Source of the DNA: the human T2T-CHM13v2.0 reference genome, Homo sapiens
NCBI RefSeq assembly: GCF_009914755.1
Contig: NC_060939.1
Length of the DNA: 64,000 nt
Direction: 5' to 3' (one strand)
Shown here: positions 57,044-64,000 of the stretch, piece after piece
Numbering within the stretch: the first letter of the stretch is position 1
How the letters are laid out: every line of letters begins with the position of its first letter
Program-made: the position numbers and the translations under genes
The notes under the pieces: generated by a model
What the model was told of the DNA's origin: nothing
What the model saw: only the letters and a program-made list of their open reading frames with translations
Database searches by the model: none

Positions 57044-57317
57044 TCACGTGCACATGCACACGCACGCACACACACATATGCACATGCATGCCCATACACG
57101 CACACGCATGCACATGCATGCACATGCACACAGATGCATAAACACACACACATGCACAAACACACACATGCACATGCATGCCCCCACACACATGCACATG
57201 CACGCCCATACACACACATGCACATGCATGCCCACACACACACATGCACATGCATGCACACACATGCACAAACACACACATGCACATGCACATGCATGCA
57301 CATACACGCATATGCAC
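57044..57317. repeat. (CACATG/CA)n compound microsatellite
   Basis: Seen directly; explains the His/Met/Cys-rich ORFs. Confidence 0.95.
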
Positions 57318-58103
57318 TGGTGATCCTGTACTGCACGGACAGCCCATCTACCCATCCCAGAGGCCTCCTCAGCACATGCAGGGAAAAGACACATCTTCCC
57401 ACCCAATGCAGAATGCACCAACCTTCTCATAGGCTTACTCAACACACGGAAAGGTGACATTTCTCTGTGGAAGCCTGGAGATACCGCTTAAAATGAGCCT
57501 CCCCTCTCCCATGATCACCCTTTTCCAATCAACAGGTGGCATTGTGGTTCATAAGACTTACAGAGCTATACCTGTTTGCAAAAAAAAAAAAAAAAATGAT
57601 AAGTCGCATTCCTGTAATTAAAGGTCGTTTCTATTTCAATCTTCTCATCCATCAAATGGTAAATAATAACAGTGACGAGGAACAATCAAACCGCCTCCAG
57701 GGCTACATGGACACTGGGGTGTTTTCAGGCTTCTGCTTACATTCCAGATTGTCGGTCTTTCTTTCCTTCTGGGTGTTTCCAGGCCTCCACCTCAGAGGGG
57801 AAGAGACTCTCCCACCTGTTTGCTGCAACATGTCTTCTCTCAGAGATGTGTGGCTGTCATTAATCACCTGCGTCCACTTCCCCTGAGGGACTCTCTGCAG
57901 GTCTTCAGCTCTGAAGGCCCACGCTGCTTCCAGACCCTAGGCATAACTAAATCACCCTTGACTCTCTCCTGGGGGCAGGAGAGGAGCCCATCCCCCCAAG
58001 AGTCCGAACTCTCCAGGCTTTGAATCTTCCTCCACTTTCTCTGCTTGGAGGATCTTACTGAGCTACCCCTGCCCCCAGTCGGAGAGGTACATTTTTCTGA
58101 AGC

Positions 58104-58402
58104 CTTTTTTTTCCTTTTGAGACAGGGTCTCACTCTGTCACCCAGGCTGGAGTGCAGTGGTGTCATCACAGCTCACTACAGCCCCAACCTCCCAGGTTCA
58201 GGCAATCCTCTTACCTCAACCTCGTAAGTAGCTGGGACTTACAGGCAAGTGCCACGATGCCTGGCTACTTTTTAAAATTTTTTGCAGAGACAAGGTCTCA
58301 CTATGTTTGTCAGGTTGGTCTCAAACTCCTGAGCTCAAGTTATCCTCCCACTTCGGCCTCCCAAAGTGCTGGAACTACAGGCGTGAGCCATCATGCTTGA
58401 CC
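58104..58402 (-). mobile_element. AluJ element
   Basis: gagacagggtctcactctgtcacccagg; ctcctgagctcaag; flanks ttctgaa on both sides. Confidence 0.92.
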
Positions 58403-58429
58403 TACTTCTGAAATCTTTGGGTCTGAACA

Positions 58430-58635
58430 GAGGTCACTAAGACCAGGCTCACGGGCTGACGCCTGTTTCTGTACATGCAGTTTGCCAGCATACAGTCACA
58501 CGCATGTGTATCTGCACCATCCATGGGTGCTTACAAGGGACAACAGCGCCTGGGCACTGGCAGCAGAAACCAGCTGGCCCACAAGGCCTAAAATATTTTC
58601 TGTCCAGCCACTTAAGCAAATGTTGCTAACCTCTG
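58430..58635 (+). mobile_element. MER58A-like hAT MITE
   Basis: tggcccacaaggcctaaaatattttctgtccagcc...ttgctaacctctg end. Confidence 0.65.
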
Positions 58636-58918
58636 GCCTAAAAAATAGGTGTAAGCTTTTTATTTTTGAACTGAGAAGTCATCTTGATGCCCTTTCCCTT
58701 GGCAGAGAAACCGAGTTCATCAGAGACCAGCCCTGATGGCCGCCTTGGTGCTTGAGTGAGTGAAGCAGAGCCCCATGCTCAGCCAGGTGCCCGTTCTCAG
58801 CGTTAACCCGGCTGCCCATTCCCTCTGATCACTTGTGGTCAGCCGACTCCGCACACACTTTCTAAGATGCCTCTGCCTTGGGCTTAACCTGCTGCCACGG
58901 TGGATTGTGGTTCCCCTT

Positions 58919-59284
58919 TGCCATGGATGGAATGTTTGTGTCTCTGCAAAATTCCTATGTGGAAATCTTAACCCCCAAGTTGATGGCGTTAGGAAGTGGG
59001 GCCACTTGGAGGTGATGGGTCCTGAGGGTAGGATTAGTGTCCTCATGAATGGGGATTAGTGCCCTTATAAAAGAGGTCGCAGGAGCGTGGCCTTGGCCCT
59101 TCTGCCATGAGGAGGCAGCTTTTCTAGGAACCATGAAATGGGCCCTCACCAGATACCAGGTCTGCTGGCTGGCACCCTGATGCAGGACTTCCCAGCCTCC
59201 AGAACTGTGAGAAATAAATGTCAGGTGTTTATAAGAAGCCCCATCTATGGTGTTCTGATATAGCAGGTTGAATGGTCTAAGACA
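58919..59284 (+). mobile_element. MaLR solo LTR (MLT1A-like)
   Basis: TG...CA termini; 5-bp TSD ccctt; ggattagtgcccttataaaagagg; ccagcctccagaactgtgagaaataaat. Confidence 0.9.
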
Positions 59285-60409
59285 CCCTTTGTCACATCCT
59301 TCCTTTCCTCTTCCCCCTCTGTGGGCACAGCAGAGCCCGCTCCAGGCCATGACTTTGGGCCATGAGATGTTTGCAGATGGATGTGGCAGAAGCTCGAACA
59401 TGCATCTGCCCAGCCCAACCTGCAGATCCCGAACTCGGCTGGCCTCAGACGCAGGGGAAAAGTAAACGTTGTTAACTGCCCGAGGTTTGGTGGTGGCAGG
59501 CTCACAGCATTATTGTGGTACCAAGTACCTGACAGAGTCCACAGCATCTTCCTTCCACATGAGCCCCTTGGTCCTGGCACTGCCTGTGATACCCTGAGAA
59601 CTGTCAATGGCTGCTTCTCCAGCACCGCATCAGCCAGTCTCCCACCACACTTCCTAGGCACATGCGCAAGAGCACGACATAGAGACAGAGAAGAATTCTA
59701 AGAACACTTTACAGACAACGTTCCAACCTGAAAAGTAATTGTGTAGCCTGCAGTCTGGATAAATGGATCAAGGTCTGTTTCCACAAATAAGCTTTATCCC
59801 TTTGGAAAACAAAGACAAAGTGTGACTGTCCTCAAATGGGTTTTGGCTCCAAGCTTAATCATCAGGATTCACAGAAAAGACTGTGCAGTGGCTAGGCCTT
59901 TAGGATGAAGATGTATTTTATTACCATTCAGCAAATAGAGGACCATGCACACTTATGACTTCACTTGTAGAGAAGTAAGGTCATTTTCCATTTCTGAATC
60001 TTTTACAAAGGACAAACAGAGTTTGTTATTAAATTGCATTTGCATATGTCAGGGGTTTGCATGGCTCATGGGATCCCTGTAGAATTTACATCAAGAATGG
60101 GTATTTTTGTTGCTGTGGGCCCCAGGTCTTTTGTCACTAACTTGACAAGTCACAGACACCTTGAGAGGTGACATGAACATCTGAGCTTGCTCCGGATTCG
60201 GCCACGTGTGAGCTGCGTGTTCCAGTCCTCGAGGCTAACCTGGCCTGTGCCTCATGCCTCATTCCCAGCACCGTGTGAATGGGAGCAGTCGTATTCCATG
60301 GCTGCTGGAGGCCTGGACTTCTCATGGATAGGTGTGAAGCAGGGCAGTGCAAGCCAGGGAAATAGTACCCACTGTTCTGCTTCCGTGTGAGGATAAGAAA
60401 TAATAAATA

Positions 60410-60725
60410 CAGCTGGGAGGGTGGGAGAGGCTGCTTAACAAATACAAATCACAGCCAGATGGAAGGCATGAGTCCTGCTGCTCTGCACCACTGGAGGGTG
60501 AACTTGGTTAATTATAATTTATTATAAATTTTTGAAAGCTAGAATCGAGGATTTTTGAATGTTCACAACACAAAGCAGTGATAAAATGTTCGAGGGGATG
60601 GATGTGCTAATTACTACACATTGATCACTACATATTGTATACACGCATAGAAACGTCACCATGCACCCCAGAGACACGTACAATTATTACATCTCAACTA
60701 AAAATAAAAATAAATAAATAAAAAG
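60410..60725 (+). mobile_element. L1MA 3' end with A-rich tail
   Basis: tttgaatgttcacaacacaaag...gatggatgtgctaattac...ttgatcactacacattgtata...aaaataaaaataaataaataaaaa. Confidence 0.82.
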
Positions 60726-63700
60726 TACAATGTGCTACAACTGTCCCGGACACCTAGCACTCGCTTAGTAAATAGCAATAATTGTTATTTTCCTCTGAGT
60801 TTGCTAAATTGTAAAATTCATCAGTTATATACCCCTGCTCCCCATACATGATAGAGCTCTGTAAGGATGCAATAGCAGGTCTCCAAACACTTAGAAAAGC
60901 TGCTCATACTTACACAGGGAAAGCCCTGTCCCTGAGATCATTACTCTTCAGCATTCTGGGACCATCATTTTTAGAACAAGACCTGCATGGTTCTGAGTAG
61001 GCAGTCTGGCAGCACACGCTCAGAGCGGTCCTCCAGCAGCTGACAGAGTCCTGTGCCTGCTCCCAGCCTCATGCACAAAGGGAGCACGTTGGAATTGTAT
61101 TTGTTGAAGGTGCTTCCAGCACTAAGGGTTGGGGATTCTATACGCTCATCAAATGCTAAGTGAAGTAGTAGAGCAACATCCATGCTGACCGCAAACCCTT
61201 GTAGTGCTCCCTTGCCAAGTTCCAGGTGATGTGCCTGCAGAGCCCGTCCGTCTTCTCAGTGCTGAGTGCCCCGGAAGGCACTGCGGCACACCTGCTGACT
61301 CAGGGCCACCCTCCTCAGGGATGCCCCAACCCTGGACACTGAGGCCTGGTGACCTGGTGACAGGCCTCGGTCCAGGACCAGCAGAGACTGAGGATGGAAT
61401 TCCAGCTGTTCCCAGAGTCCTGGGTCACTCATGCTGAACATGCTCCCTTAGGACAGAGAGGCTGGACAGGGATAACCTGTCACTTGAGTTCCCCACCGGA
61501 TTAAGACGCAGCCCTTTGTTCTCCCAGAATGTAAGGCAAATGCCAAGGACACCTGCTGGCTCTGTGTGGCCAGCTGCCCTTCCCAGGGTTTCTGAAGGTT
61601 CCTGAGCTGCTACTTCCAGCCACTGTGGACCCCAGACCCCACCACTCCAGCTCCCTCCAGCCCCGCAAGGCCTGAGACCTGCCCAGCACTCTGAGAAGCC
61701 TTGTGTGTTTATCTTGTGGCTTGAAGAAGAACATGAAAGCACCTGTAGGGTCGTTGTGCCTGGGCTGTGGAGAGCTGCTCATGGGCTCGCTAGAATCTCC
61801 TAGGATGACTCCTACCTCCCCCTGCCCTGGGGCATCCCACCTCCTACCTAGACGGGGAGGGGTTGACCGTGAGGAGCCTGGGCAGCTCAGCACCGCCCCA
61901 CCTCGCACCTGCCAACATGCCCCTCTGCTTCTGCTTCATGGGCTCTGTGATGGATCTGGGAACCAGAGTCTGCACCAGCCTGTGTCCGCTCCAACACACA
62001 GAGGTAACCCTTAAGGTGCAATCAGCATCTCCCTGGATTCTTCTTGTTTGTCTTCCTCCACTTTCTCTTAGCCTGACATTTTTCTCAGCTCAGTTCTTTT
62101 TCATGATTCCCCAATGTCCTGTGCATTGACAAGAGCCATTCCAAACATGACTTTTGAATGGGGTCTTAAATCAACAAGCGACATCTCACAATCAGGCAAA
62201 CAAATTGCCCTGAGCCTCAGTGTCCTCTCCTGCAGCCTCTTTGGACACACGTTGCTGGAAGCAGTTTGATCCTCCTGCCCTCTGCTGTTGGGTGGTGGTT
62301 ACCCATGCCGGGTCTCCTCCCCTGTGAAGAACAGCCTATCTAAGGTTAAGGTCAGAGTCGGGGAGTCCCCACTCACTAGCTTCCTCGTCAGGTAGGTCCT
62401 GTCCACAGTCATGCTGGCCGTACACACTTCATACCCGTGTGCTCTGGGAGTGGTACTGATCATCACATGCCCACGAGAGAGGGACAGCACCCACGCGAAA
62501 CAGGAGCCCGCAGACACTCAGGCTGAAGGCTCAGCCAAAGGCCCAGCTCCAAAGCCCACACTCTCCTCACAAACCTTCTTCCACTAACTTCCACTGTGAA
62601 CCCAGGATCCTCCTCACCTTGGAGACTTTTGGGGGTCTCAGCCAGGGAGCAGGAATCCTGGCCTCTAAGCTTCATCACAACCCACCCTGACCTGGCTGGG
62701 GAATCCTGGGAAGCCACTCGCCAAGCTTCCCAGCAGCCCACCAAGAAGACAAGACTCATTAAAATGTTTAATCCTCTGAACACCCCAAACTGTTGGTGGC
62801 TTTTCCTCAATCTTACAGAAGCCATGTGTTTTGGAACTGAATTCAGGTCAGGGGTCAGTCCAGCCGCATGGACTCTCCTGCTGTGAAGCTGGGTGTATTT
62901 CAGCAGTTCGATGCTGGCTGTCTTCTGCGGTCCTCATCTTCTCCTCCCTCCTCTCTGTGCACTTAGATGTACACCTTGAATAGGAGGATATCCCAGCTGC
63001 TGAGCTACAGAACGCTGGCGCCCCAGAGACTGGGGATCAGCACGCTTGACCAACAGCAGGACTCTCTCCTGAATTCTTTACTGATCCACAAAGTGACAGC
63101 TTCAAACAGACCTGTTCTGGTGTGTCCACGAAGGCCAAGTGCTGACACCCTGAGCTGGGTTGCCAGGGCATGGTTAGAAATTAACTTTCATAAAAGGCTA
63201 CATCATGATTCACATACATTCATCAAATAAAACATGTTAAGAAATTTATTTAATTCATTATCAATGAGAGAACTAGTAAGATCTTACAACTAGTTACAAG
63301 GAAGGAGAATCAGACAACCCATGCGTGTGTAGGTCTGGAATAGGTAGGGGAATGTGCAGATGGAACCACGCTGGGCCCTTCCGCCGTGAGGAGGTAGCCA
63401 GCAGAGCCTCCACAGGACTGAGCTCACCTGGCTGCAATGGAGTCATCTCTCTGCATTGCTGTCAGTTGTCTGCACCTTAGCAAGTTGTGAAACAGTTCCC
63501 TTAGAACCAGAATTAGATACCCTGGAAGGCTGAGCCATAGACAGGGCACAGTTCTCCTCAAGCATGTCTTTTCTCTCCACAGCCGACAGCACCAGCATCC
63601 GGATCCTCCTGGGGCCCCAGACTCCCTCCGTCTGCAGCAGGGGTTGTGGCCAGGAGTTTGTGCCTTTCTATTTAAAAAAAAAAAAAAACTCCCAATTACT

Positions 63701-64000
63701 TGGATGGACACTAAATATTGGGGGAACACCTGACCTGCAATTTATATTCACAATCTCTTTTTCAATGTCCCTCTCTCTGCGAGGCCAGGTGTGCGGTGTT
63801 TTAAGAGGGTGGCAGGACAGGGATTCTGTCCCCCTCCTCAACATGGCCTCTGACCTAAGGCCTGCAGCCCCGCCAGCAGAGATAGAGATCAAGGGGCCAT
63901 GTCTCTGCAGCAGTCCACTTTGAGACTGAAAGCCTTCCTGGGGTGCACTGCTTTCGCTGATAATGTGATCAGCCAGCATTTAGTGGGGGCTTACTCTTTT

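Noticed and set aside
56989-57460. His/Cys/Met-rich ORFs resembling metal-binding proteins
   Set aside because: They are translations of a (CACATG)n microsatellite.
63271-63295. Quasi-palindrome aactagtaagatcttacaactagtt
   Set aside because: Too short to distinguish from chance in 64 kb.
61200-64000. Many 70-135 aa ORFs in the GC-richer end of the window
   Set aside because: No recognisable homology, no consistent exon structure and no CpG island.

Overview
This is primate, human-like genomic DNA with no supportable protein-coding gene, RNA gene or CRISPR array. It looks intergenic or intronic. Much of it is retroelement debris: about 11 Alus, ancient L1M fragments, and one 5'-intact but 3'-truncated L1PA (23193-28931). 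There is also a twin-primed, 5'-inverted L1MA with a clear TSD, several solo LTRs with readable TSDs, L2/MIR, hAT MITEs (MER20, MER30, MER58) and microsatellites. One solo LTR is an ERV9 LTR12 with a recognisable NF-Y/GATA promoter facing the minus strand. The ORF track is explained by repeats, simple sequence and chance. I found no new multi-gene system. The best unexplained signals are structural: (i) local template-switch or templated-insertion scars, including a ~230-bp copy taken from 1.3 kb away and flanked by a ~105-bp duplication, an ~83-bp L1 ORF2 piece copied into the same L1's 3'UTR, and fold-backs in an Alu and an MLT2; (ii) an L1-ORF1-derived 85-bp VNTR with alternating variants; (iii) a ~63-bp tandem amplification in the L1PA 5'UTR that appears to multiply the GC box and ORF0-start homolog. 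Repeat subfamily names are from recalled consensus sequences and need RepeatMasker/Dfam confirmation.
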